A program made the translations under genes and the position numbers. Shown here one piece after another: positions 10,465 through 20,584 of a stretch of 64,000 nucleotides of DNA. This stretch comes from Candidatus Bathyarchaeota archaeon (lineage in GTDB: Archaea > Thermoproteota > Bathyarchaeia > Bathyarchaeales > Bathycorpusculaceae), in assembly GCA_963806535.1 (NCBI GenBank), contig CAWDYC010000007.1, positions 32,001-96,000 on the forward strand. Direction: 5' to 3'. Positions within the stretch are counted from its first letter, which is position 1. Every line of letters starts with the position of its first letter. A model generated the notes under the pieces. It was not told the origin of the DNA. It searched no databases and worked only from the letters and a program-made list of their open reading frames with translations.

Positions 10465-10631
10465 CAAAAAAATGAGCTCACAGTTAGTCTCTGACGTTTT
10501 TTAATAACTACTAATTTTCAGTCATTTCTCAGGTTTTTGAGGCAGCCTAGTACTGAGATGCAGAAAAATGCAAAATATATATGGTGCAGTTCGTATTACA
10601 GCTAACTAACAACGCATATTAGGGAAGAGAA

Positions 10632-12035
10632 ATGACCACTCACATTACACTAGTAAATCCCCCATATCCTTTAGGGTCTCATTTGCACCCACCGTTCCTC
10701 CCATTGGGTCTTGGTTATTTAGCTGCAGTTTTAGAAAAAAACAACTACAAAGTCGACATAATCGATTGCCAAGCTCTCAAAATTGGTTATGATCAAGCTA
10801 AAGAGGAAATTAAAACTCGCCAGCCCGACATAGTTGGAGTTACCTCAACCACACTTACATACAAATCTGCACTAAAAATTGTGCAAATGGCAAAAGAAGT
10901 AAATCCTAACATTTTAACAATTATGGGTGGACCACACGTCACATTCTGGGATCAAGAAGCCTTAGGAGAATGCCCACAACTCGACGTCGTAGTAAGAAGA
11001 GAAGGCGAACAAACCGTACTAGAATTGGTACAAAAAGCCGAAGCAAAACAAAGCTTCAAAGACATATTAGGCATAACTTACCGCGACAACGGACAAACAG
11101 TGAGAACTGAAGATCGCCCTTGGCTAGAAAACCTCGATGAATTACCCTTCCCAGCCATTCATCTGTGGCCTATTGAAAAAATGAGAAGCTTCGGCGAAGT
11201 AATCTTTCCCCTAACCACGAGCAGAGGCTGCGTATTCTGGTGCAACTTCTGTACTGCCGTTCGTATGTTTGGCAGAAAATACCGCATGAGAAGCGTAAAG
11301 AACGTAGTAGATGAAATTGAATATCTGCACAAAACCTTTGGTGCTGAACACTTCACCTTCTACGATGACGCATTCACGGTAGATCAATCCCGAACCGAAG
11401 CACTATGCCAAGACATCCTTAACCGAGGGTTAAAAATACGGTGGAACTGCGAAACCCGCGTTGACATGGTTACCAAAGAGTTACTTGCTAAAATGAAAGC
11501 TGCAGGATGCACTGATGTCTGGTTTGGCGTTGAATCCGGTTCAAATAAAGTGTTAAACTCTATGGATAAGGGAATCTCCATTGAGCGAACACAACAAGCC
11601 TTCAGATGGGCACATGAAGTCAAACTAATGACAGTTGCAAACGTGATTCTTGGCTTCCCAACTGAAACCAAAGAAAGCATCTGGCAAACCGTTAAATTTA
11701 TCGAAAAACTAGACCCAAACGACGTTGGCTACTACATTGCAACACCTTACCCTGGAACACCCATGTACAACCAAGTGAAAGAAAGCGGTGCACTGCAAAT
11801 CTTCGACTTCGACAAATACGACACAGCAACACCAACCTTTAAACTCGATAACTTAACCATGGAAGAACTCAGAGAAACACGCGAAAAAGCATTCCACAGC
11901 TTCTACTTACGACCCCGCTACATGTTAAGCGTGATCTTCAAAGGCGGAGTCTACGGCCGAGCATCAACCATGCTGGTCTTAGCTCACCTTCGCAGAGCAA
12001 TAAGGTCCAAATTCTCTTTCAAAAAATCAGCTTAG
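10632..12035 (+). CDS. Cobalamin-binding radical SAM protein, copy 3 (close paralog of copy 2)
   Basis: PLGLGYLAA, GGPH, RGCVFWCNFC, GVESGS and TPYPGT motifs. Confidence 0.92.
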   Translation: MTTHITLVNPPYPLGSHLHPPFLPLGLGYLAAVLEKNNYKVDIIDCQALKIGYDQAKEEIKTRQPDIVGVTSTTLTYKSALKIVQMAKEVNPNILTIMGGPHVTFWDQEALGECPQLDVVVRREGEQTVLELVQKAEAKQSFKDILGITYRDNGQTVRTEDRPWLENLDELPFPAIHLWPIEKMRSFGEVIFPLTTSRGCVFWCNFCTAVRMFGRKYRMRSVKNVVDEIEYLHKTFGAEHFTFYDDAFTVDQSRTEALCQDILNRGLKIRWNCETRVDMVTKELLAKMKAAGCTDVWFGVESGSNKVLNSMDKGISIERTQQAFRWAHEVKLMTVANVILGFPTETKESIWQTVKFIEKLDPNDVGYYIATPYPGTPMYNQVKESGALQIFDFDKYDTATPTFKLDNLTMEELRETREKAFHSFYLRPRYMLSVIFKGGVYGRASTMLVLAHLRRAIRSKFSFKKSA

Positions 12036-12140
12036 ACCCAGTTTTCTTGTAGGCAAGCTCCAAGCAGTTTTTCTTTTCTTCATTTAGTCAAAAGTGAGGC
12101 TTTATATCACATTTCAGTAACTTCTTCCACGGGGTATATC

Positions 12141-12975
12141 ATGAAAGTTGCCTCTATGTGGAGCGGAGGAAAAGACAGTTCACTTGCTACTTACGATGCT
12201 ATTATGCAAGGCCATGAAGTTTCAGACTTTGTAAGCTACAGTTACAAAGGAACCTCTCAACCAAATCCAAATATGCCCATCAGTCCACTAAGTCGAATCT
12301 TCAATATAGTTGGAAGAGCAAGCCCAAGTATAGTATCTAACCTTGCAAGCGTCATTTACCATAAAGACCTCAGCACCATGATTCCCCATGAGGTTGCACC
12401 AGAAATCATACAGAAACAAGCCCAAGCAATTGAAGTGCCTCTTGTTCAGGGTGAAGTAAGATGGGACACAATCGATCAATTCTTAAAAACCAGCATTCGC
12501 TCACTAAAGACGAAAGGAGTTGAAGGTTTAGTTTTTGGAGTGGTGCCGCCCACATTTTCCTCTGGACACTAGCGAGAAACTCAGAGAATACCAGACTCTC
12601 GTGGCACATAAGGAATGGATGAACCGCATCTGCAGTGAATTAAACGTAAAACCAATTACGCCACTTTGGGAAAGCAACCCTGATCAGATTCTAAGAGACC
12701 TCATCACCAAAGGGTTTGAATCAATTATCCTTGTGGTAGATTCGAAATATTTTGGTGAAGAATGGTTGGGCCGAAAAATAGACAAGGACTTTTTGGATGC
12801 TGTATACAAGCTTAAACGGGAAAAAAGCGTACACATCGGAGGCAGCGGATACCACACGCTGGTTTTAGACGGCCCGCTTTTCAAGAAACGATTAAAAATT
12901 CAGAAAAGCCGAAAAATTTGGAAACGCGGATACGGTGTCTTAGAAATCGATGAACTAGATCTCGTAGCAAAATAG
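12141..12975 (+). CDS. Dph6-like (diphthine-ammonia ligase family) PP-loop ATP pyrophosphatase, one frameshift near 12550
   Basis: SGGKDS PP-loop in the first ORF; PLW, LGRKID and TLVLDGPLFKKR in the second; removing one C at about 12550 joins them. Confidence 0.78.
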
Positions 12976-13076
12976 TAAAACAGCAAGTTTAAACCATCTT
13001 AGTCTTTGGCTGGTTTTTTTGGAAACTATATAAACTGTAGCTACGTATAGTTTGGAAACTAAATGGGTGTCTCTAT

Positions 13077-14531
13077 ATGTCGATGGTGGAAAAGAAAAAT
13101 GTGAAGGTCGCATTAGTTAACCCACCTATCATTGAAGGTACGTTCCGCCATCAACTTTATCTGCCGATGGGTTTAGCCTATTTGGCAGCTGTTCTTCAAC
13201 AAAACGGCATCGAAGTTAAAGTCATCGATTGCCAAGCCATATACATAAATCATGAGCACCTAAAATCAGAGTTGAGCTCTTTTCAACCCGACATTGTGGG
13301 GATAACATCAATTGCCCCGTTGATGAGTTCAGCGTTGCTGTCAGCGAAGGCGGCAAAGGAAACCTTGCCTGGCGTCCAAGTGATAATGGGTGGGCCTCAC
13401 GCGACGTTTATGGATGAGCAAATCATCGCGCAGGAATCAGCGGTTGACCTCATCGTTAGAGGTGAAGGCGAACAGACGCTACTCGAAATTGCGCAAAACC
13501 TAGGCGAACACAGCAAACTCCACGACATTAAAGGAATCACTTACAAAGAAAACAACCAGGTTCTCCGAACACCCAACCGACCTTTCATTCAAGATTTGGA
13601 TGCTCTACCCAAACCAGCCTACAACCTCTTCGAGCTTGACAGGTATCGGCTGTTTGGAAAAAGACTCTTACCCGTAATCACAAGTCGAGGATGCCCCTTC
13701 CAATGCAATTTTTGCGTTGCAACACGCATGTTCGGCAAAGAATATCGTATGCGAAGTGCAGAAGGCGTGCTCGACGAGTTGGAATGGTTAAAGAATACTC
13801 ATGGAGCTGAAGCGTTCACGTTCTATGACGATACTTTAACGTTTAACAAAGAGAGACTTTTCAAAATCTGCGACGGAATGAAAAGCCGAGGAATCAATCT
13901 GCCATGGGATTGCCAAACAAGAGTTGACCAGGTGTCGCCTGAGGTTTTGGCAAAGATGCGGGCGGCAGGCTGCCAACAGGTGTTCTTCGGTGTTGAATCA
14001 GGCTGCCAAAAAGTCCTCAATGCTATAAGCAAAAAAACGCGTGTTGAACAAAACGAAAAAGCGATAAAGATGGCAAAAGAAGCGGGTCTTTTCGTTACAA
14101 TCTCATTAATAATTGGCTATCCAGGCGAAACACAAGATACATTAAAAGAAACATTGACTTTTGTTCAAAAAACAAAACCTGACGACGTTTATGTTTGTGT
14201 AGCTACGCCTTTTCCAGGGACAGAGCTGCGGAATGTTGTTGAGAAAAATGGGTGGCAAATATCTGCTAACTGGGATTGCTTTGATACGATGACGCCTGTT
14301 TTTGAAAATCCTGAGTTATCGCTTTCACCCAAAGAGATTAAGAGATTTAGAGAACAATTCTACGACAGCATTTATTCTCCACGCTATGTTATTCAGCATT
14401 TGCTTAGAAGGAATTCTTACAGTAGAATGATGGCGCGAACAGCTGCAAACCATATTTTGTGGAGAATCAAATCATCTCGGAAACAAGAAGAGGATGTTCC
14501 TTCAGAAAATAGTGCACAACAGACAACCTAA
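13077..14531 (+). CDS. Cobalamin-binding radical SAM protein, copy 4
   Basis: PMGLAYLAA, GGPH, RGCPFQCNFC, GVESG and TPFPGT motifs. Confidence 0.92.
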   Translation: MSMVEKKNVKVALVNPPIIEGTFRHQLYLPMGLAYLAAVLQQNGIEVKVIDCQAIYINHEHLKSELSSFQPDIVGITSIAPLMSSALLSAKAAKETLPGVQVIMGGPHATFMDEQIIAQESAVDLIVRGEGEQTLLEIAQNLGEHSKLHDIKGITYKENNQVLRTPNRPFIQDLDALPKPAYNLFELDRYRLFGKRLLPVITSRGCPFQCNFCVATRMFGKEYRMRSAEGVLDELEWLKNTHGAEAFTFYDDTLTFNKERLFKICDGMKSRGINLPWDCQTRVDQVSPEVLAKMRAAGCQQVFFGVESGCQKVLNAISKKTRVEQNEKAIKMAKEAGLFVTISLIIGYPGETQDTLKETLTFVQKTKPDDVYVCVATPFPGTELRNVVEKNGWQISANWDCFDTMTPVFENPELSLSPKEIKRFREQFYDSIYSPRYVIQHLLRRNSYSRMMARTAANHILWRIKSSRKQEEDVPSENSAQQTT

Positions 14532-14541
14532 TTCAAAAAAA

Positions 14542-15680
14542 TTATTTTGGATAATAACCTAGAACCTTCAGCAATGCCTTGGTAGAAGGGTGTTTTCCAT
14601 ACTTAACATGAATTAGCTGAAGAATCTCTTTTGCAGGAAATAGAAAATTAACGGTCTTGTTTAGTTCATGAAAGGGCTTGCCGCTGAATTGCGAGTAGTT
14701 GTGAATGTAAAAGAGAAGCGCTTGTTTGCGCGAATAGAAGTGAGGAATGTAATTTTCGATTTTGTACTTTCTGCAGACAGAATCGAACCGCACATATGTC
14801 GCGTATAAGTAAGACTCGTCCATATTGCCGCATGAAGGAGACATTGGTCTTCCCTCATACAGCTCATTATATTTTGAAAGCAACGGTGTACGTTGACTGA
14901 TTCAGGAAAGTTTTTGAAGCGGTCCGATCCCCTCATATCCAACATTCCGCTTAAAACAAATTTGGCACCGTTTTTCTTAGCTGCCTCAATAACCTGCGAC
15001 ATATTTTCCTCGGTGTCTGTTACAAATGGAATAAGCGGAATCATCCACAAACCGACCGTTATGCCCTTATCTGACAGCTTTTTTATCACTTCTAGTCTTC
15101 GTTTTGGAGAGGGCGCATTCGGTTCTAGAGTTTTTGCTAATTTTTCATCAAGCGTTGTTATCGTTACTGCGATGCAGCACCATGATTTTTTAGAAGCCTC
15201 TTCCAAAAGGTCTAGGTCACGTAGAATAAGATCGGACTTCGTGCCGATTGCAAAAGGCCAACCGTTCTCATTCAACACTTCCAAAATTCGGCGTGTAATT
15301 TGATATTTCTTTTCCGCTGGCTGGTATGGGTCCGTGCTTAAGCTTAATCTAACGACACCCTTCCGCTTAAACGTGGATAATTCTTTGGCTAATATTTGGG
15401 GTGCATTCGTCTTAGCATAAACAGGAACGGAAAAATCCTTGCATCCTTCATATTTTTGAGAACTAGTGTGGCAGTATAAGCAGTTAAATTCGCAGTTATT
15501 GTAGGGATCAAAACAGTAGCTTGTCCAAAACTGAGTTTTTAACATCTCAAATGTGCCCAAAACACTCTTGCAGTTTGTTTCTTGATATTTAGCCGGTTCT
15601 GGAGGCATTGAATCCCTTTTCAGTTTCATTTCATCCTGTAAGATATTATTAACTTTAGCTATTTTTGTCTGAATAATCAT
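14542..15680 (-). CDS. SPL-like/Rv2578c-type radical SAM protein, frameshifted near 14900
   Basis: DPYNNCEFNCLYC, TDPYQPAE, TKSDLILRD and LEPNAPSPKRRL motifs; the C-terminus continues in ORF 14542-14883. Confidence 0.8.
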
Positions 15681-15760
15681 CCCTCAAACTCGTTGAACAG
15701 TATAATGTCAGCAGAATACTCCTTTAACGGTGTGAATTGTTACAAACTTCTTAGCTGCAT

Positions 15761-17210
15761 TCATTTTCCCAACAAAAACTGAATTGTTCTTTTTGGGTTG
15801 CGAAGTGCCTTTGCAATCTTCGCGGGAGTTAGTGAGTAGTTTATGAGATTTGCTTTGGCGCATAATTCGCTAAGTTCGGTTGCTGTGAACTCTGGAGTTT
15901 CAATTAGAGGTTCAACTTCGGCTAGGGCTTCATCGCTGAATTTCTCCTTTAAATAGCCGCCTCTTACTGCTTGTTCGTAAAGTTCAGTCCCGTAAAGAGG
16001 CATGGCTATGCTGAAGTAAAATCTGTCAGCGCCAAGGCTTCTTAGTTTGTAAGCATACTTTATTGTTTCGTTTATGTCGTCTTTTGTTTCGCCTATAAGA
16101 CCAATAACAAAGAAACAACCAACTTTGATGCCCACTTTCTTAGATAAAATAACAGCTGTTTCAACATCTTTCAAATTCAAGTTCTTCTTGACAATCTTGA
16201 TCTAAAACTCGTTGAACACCAGATTCTGGAGCAATACGTATTTTTTTGCAGCCGGAAGCTTTCATTTTTCTTAAAAGATTTTCATCAAGAGTGTCTGCTC
16301 TAACGCCGTTGGGTGTAAACCATTCAATGTGTAATTTTCTTTTTACGATCAGATCGCAGATGGCTTCTCCTCTTTTTTTGTCTAGCATCATATTGTCATC
16401 GTAAAAATCAATCTGTTTAATTTTATACGTGTTAACCAAATATTCGATTTCATCAACCACATTCTGGGGACTTCTTCCTCGCCAAGTTTTTCCCATAACG
16501 TTATGAATTGAACAAAAAACGCAGCCATAAGGGACAGCCTCTGCTGGTTATCATCATTGCCCAGGGTTTGCTAATTTCACCTCGCAGGGGATTTTCTTTC
16601 ACAGCTTCAAAATATGTATTCATTGGAAGTAGATGTCTTGCAGGAAATGGCAGCGAATCTAAATTTTCGATTGGAGGTCTCGGAGGCGTAATAACTATTT
16701 TTTCTTTCTCGGCAAAGCCAATACCTTTTACGTTCTTGACTTTGTCTCTATTTTTCTCTAGTGCATCCACTAACTCGGACATAGTTTGTTCTGGTTCGCC
16801 AATAACAACAAAATCAATGTCGGGATTTGCAAGGCATTCAGTTAGGTCTTGTAGAGGGATGTAAACCATTCAGTACGACGGTGACGTCTTTGTTGATGTT
16901 TTTTATTGCGGAAACAACTTCAGCGGTAGATTTCCACCAACCAGAGAACGGAACTGAAATATCAACGACGCTTGGCGACCATTCTTTTACTCTATTTGCT
17001 ATTTCCTCGTTGGATAAACCCTGTCGATAATTCATTCCCTTTATTTCTTCAAGGTTTTTCCAGCCTTCAGCAGGCGCATCTATTATTCGGACGTCGATGT
17101 TCCTTTTCAAGAACAGCTGCTATATACGCTATATCTAAAGGTTGAAATACACTTGGTTTTCCCCATAATTTGGGATGAATACGCGGGGGATTAATTAAAC
17201 AAACGCGCAT
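15761..17210 (-). pseudogene. Cobalamin-binding radical SAM protein, copy 5, split by at least 4 indels (pseudogene or assembly errors)
   Basis: ATG at 17210 gives MRVCLINPP; later fragments carry NGLHPS, GEPE, SRGCP..., DDNM, ESG and PLYGT in the expected order. Confidence 0.82.
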
Positions 17211-17410
17211 ATGAATTTACCACAGTTTTTAATGCGTAGTAAGGTATCTGATTTTTTGTTGTATTAGGATTGAAGATTCTGATTAACATTTGCTTTATGG
17301 AAGGTTTAGTTCTGGAGACATCGAAAATTGGAGAGTACTCGAAGATTCCCTTTTGTCAAAACTTCAGTTTTCCGAGAATATCCCGAAAAGCATCCATTGT
17401 CTATGATATA

Positions 17411-17846
17411 TTACAATTTTTGTTTATTTCTAAATCGCAATGCCTCAACAAGAAAAATAACTGCAGAAACAACTGTCACCACTGTTAAAAGCCAAAACGA
17501 TTCTTGAATGGGGTCGTTTAAAATCAAATGAGGAACCAAAATTGCAATCTCTGAGATCAAAACTCCCAATAAAAACAAAGCCGAATATTGCAAAGCTAGG
17601 CAAAAGGGTTTTTCCTACCCAGACATAGCCTTTCATGTTTACTTTTTCCTTAACAACGTAATTTCCATATTCGTCTTTAACAACCAAACCTAAATCCAAA
17701 AGTTTCTGAAGGTTTCGATAAGCAACGCTTGGGCTGCTAAGGTTGGCTCCGCGCATCAAATCTCTGGGTCCAACAGGCTTTCCCATCTTGACCATGTAGA
17801 CGTAAGTTTGAAATGTCGTTGCATTCAGTTCTTCGTCGGGTTGCAA
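17411..17846 (-). CDS. Winged-helix protein with two C-terminal TM helices, one frameshift
   Basis: GKPVGPRDLMRGANLSSPSVAYRNLQKL; paralog of the intact gene at 37257-37712. Confidence 0.75.
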
Positions 17847-18019
17847 GCTATAACCAACCTTTAACCAATTAACGATGCTCTTGCTTAAAAAACCAAGCCA
17901 TCAAAAGCCGCAAATGTTTTTTCACATTGAAAAGGAATAACTATTCTGTAACTTTGCAAACCGTAATTGATATAAACACTTTACCCGAAGTATCACGAAA
18001 GCAGTGCTTGGGTTAACTC

Positions 18020-19015
18020 TTGGAACTAAACATCTTAAACGTATCAATTGCCATTCTCATGGTGGCTTCTAGCAATCTTATTAGATTTGGTTCTTGGTGA
18101 CCCATCACCCAACTACCCTGACAGATGGTTTTTCAAGCTTCACCCAACTGTTTTAATGGGTAACTTTACCAGCAAAATTGAACCCTACTTCAAAAATCCC
18201 AACCCAAAAACAGAAAAATTCTTAGGCGTTCTTTTGGGATTAACGGTAATTGCCACATTTGCGATTCCAGTTTACTTTGGTTTATGGGCAATCTTCACTT
18301 ATGTCAGCATTTTTGTTTATGCACTTCATTGGCATTATCTTGCTTAAAATGACGATTTGCATTAAACTTGAAACCGACTGGGCAAAAGCTGCTGCCAAAG
18401 CCATAAAGACAAACGACTTAGATGAAGCAAAAAAATACAGTCATTTCTCAAGAAGAGACTCAAGAACCCTAAACGGTTCTCAAATCAGCAGTGCAGTTAT
18501 CGAGTCTATGGCTGAGAACCTAATTGACTTCAAACTGTCTCCTATGATGTCCTTTGCATTGTTTGGAGTTACTGGCGCCATTGCTTTTCGAGCCATAAAC
18601 ACGCTTGATGGCATGGTGGGTTTCAAAGATAAAAAGCACATCAATACAGGATGGTTTAGCGCAAATCTGGACACAGTTGTAAATTACATTCCCACAAGAC
18701 TCACGGCGTTTGCTGATGATTGTTGCTGCAGCAATCCTTCGCATGGACGCTAAGAACGCTTGGAAAATCGCTTACAGAGATCACAAGAAAGACGCCGAGC
18801 AGAAATCATGGTTGGCCAATGGCGGCTATGGCTGGCGCATTGCGGGTGCAGCTTGGAGAAGCCTGGGCAATACGTTCTTGGGTGACAGTTTGGAGCCTTT
18901 AACAGGGGACAAGATTTTGGGTGCTTTGCGAATTAGAGATGTTACAATTGTTTTGTGGGCGATTTTGTGTGTCGGCGTAATTGTGGCTGTGCGTTTGTTC
19001 TTTTTGCCTATTTAG
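18020..19015 (+). pseudogene. cbiB: Adenosylcobinamide-phosphate synthase CbiB, several indels
   Basis: LDLVLGDP, HP, IESMAEN, RAINTLDGMVG, LDTVVNYIPTRL and GWPMAAMAGAL spread over successive frames. Confidence 0.85.
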
Positions 19016-20581
19016 TTAACCTTTGAATAAACCACTTTTCCGTCGATAATTGTCATTTCTACTTTAATATTTTCAAAATTAGTCGCATAGAAGCATCCAA
19101 AGGATCATCTGATAGAACCGTTAAATCTGCCAGCATGCCATCTTGAATTGACCCTTTAAGTGTTCTTCACCAGAAGAGTAGGCTGCATCGATTGTGTACA
19201 TGTTTAAGGCTTCCTCAGGCGTTAAGCGTTGTTCAGGAAAGCTTGGTCTCAGCACAGCTTCATGCATTCCAAGAAATGGGTTTAGAGGTTCCATTGGGCA
19301 GTCTGAGCCTCCAGCAACTTTTATGCCTTCTTTGATGAGGCTTTTTAGCGGATGAAGCCACTTAGCTCTTTCCAAACCCAGACGCTTTGTAGCTGACCAA
19401 ACAGCAAATTCAGTTGAAATAACTTTGGGCTGAACAGTAACGACGACATTTAATACTTTTGAGTCGCTCAACCAATTGTTTGTTTAGAATTGCTGCTTGT
19501 TCAATTCGGAAACGAACGCTTTTTTGTTTGGACGTTTGCTCGATTACTCTTAGCACTGCATCAACAGCCTTGTCGCCCATAGCATGAATAATCTGGCTGA
19601 AAACCTGCGGATAGCACATCAGCAACTGAAGACTCCAATGTTTCCTCGGTTAAAAGCAATTTACCATTGTTATTTGAGTTCATCACTGTAGGGTTCGAAT
19701 AGCGCTGCGGTTTTAGAATCTAAATACCCGTCCACGAAAATCATTATGCCTCCAACATGTAGCATTAAATTGTCAATTGTTTGAAAACCTACAGTTTGTT
19801 TCATGAACGCTTCCGGAACAATAACGTTAACCCTGACAGGAAGCTTTCCTTGCGAATGTAAGTCTCTGAATTAAAGTCAACTCATTTTCCGAAAGAATTA
19901 TCCAGTGCACGCTTGTTAATCCTGCTTTCACAATTTCTTGGCAAGCTAACACCGTAGCCTCTGAAAGCTCATCAACCGTTGGTTCAGGAACCACTCGCCA
20001 AACCAGGTTTGTGGCGCTATCCCTTAAAATGCCTGTTAGTTCACCTGTCTGTGGGTTTTTGTCGATGTTTCCGCCTGAAGGTACCGTAGTTTGTTTTGTT
20101 ACACAAGCTAAACTCAAAGCTTTGTCGTTTACTACGCACATCATTTCTGTTTCATGATAAAGAATTACTGGATTATCTAATGCAGCCGCATTTAGATCCG
20201 AGAGGTTAAGCAGACGCTTTTCTTCAAACAGGTTTTGGTTCCATCCGCGACCAATTATCCATTTACCAGCTGGGATTTGCTTAACCTTCTCGTTTTATGC
20301 AGCTTTGCAGTTGTTTGATTGATTTTACGTTGGTTAAGTCAAGCCACAACAAGCATCTACCAAAGTCTGCCACATGTATGTGCGTGTCAATCAAGCCGGG
20401 AATGATTGTTTTGCCGTTTAGATTGACTAACTTTCGTGCTCTTGCCGATTAACTGGTTCACAGTCTCGTTTGTCCCAACTTTGACGATTTTGTTTTTTCT
20501 AATTGCTACTGCTTGAGCGATAGGCTGATTTGTGTTCATGGTTCTAACAATTGCGTTTAGAAGAACTAAATCCGCCGGCAA
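19012..20581 (-). pseudogene. YtcJ-like amidohydrolase (Amidohydro_3), several indels
   Basis: ADLVLLNA, PGLIDTHIH, GELTGILRD, HAMGD, RIEQ, GSDCP and YTIDAAY fragments in the expected order. Confidence 0.82.
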
Positions 20582-20584
20582 ATT

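Noticed and set aside
17270-17488. 72-aa ORF with Cys/His-rich tail as a RiPP precursor for the rSAM cluster
   Set aside because: The tail is the antisense shadow of the wHTH TM segment; no ribosome-binding site or leader features, and no RRE domain nearby.
15761-20581. Programmed frameshifting or stop-codon recoding
   Set aside because: Several shifts per gene in unrelated genes with no common slippery site; breaks are frame changes rather than read-through stops.
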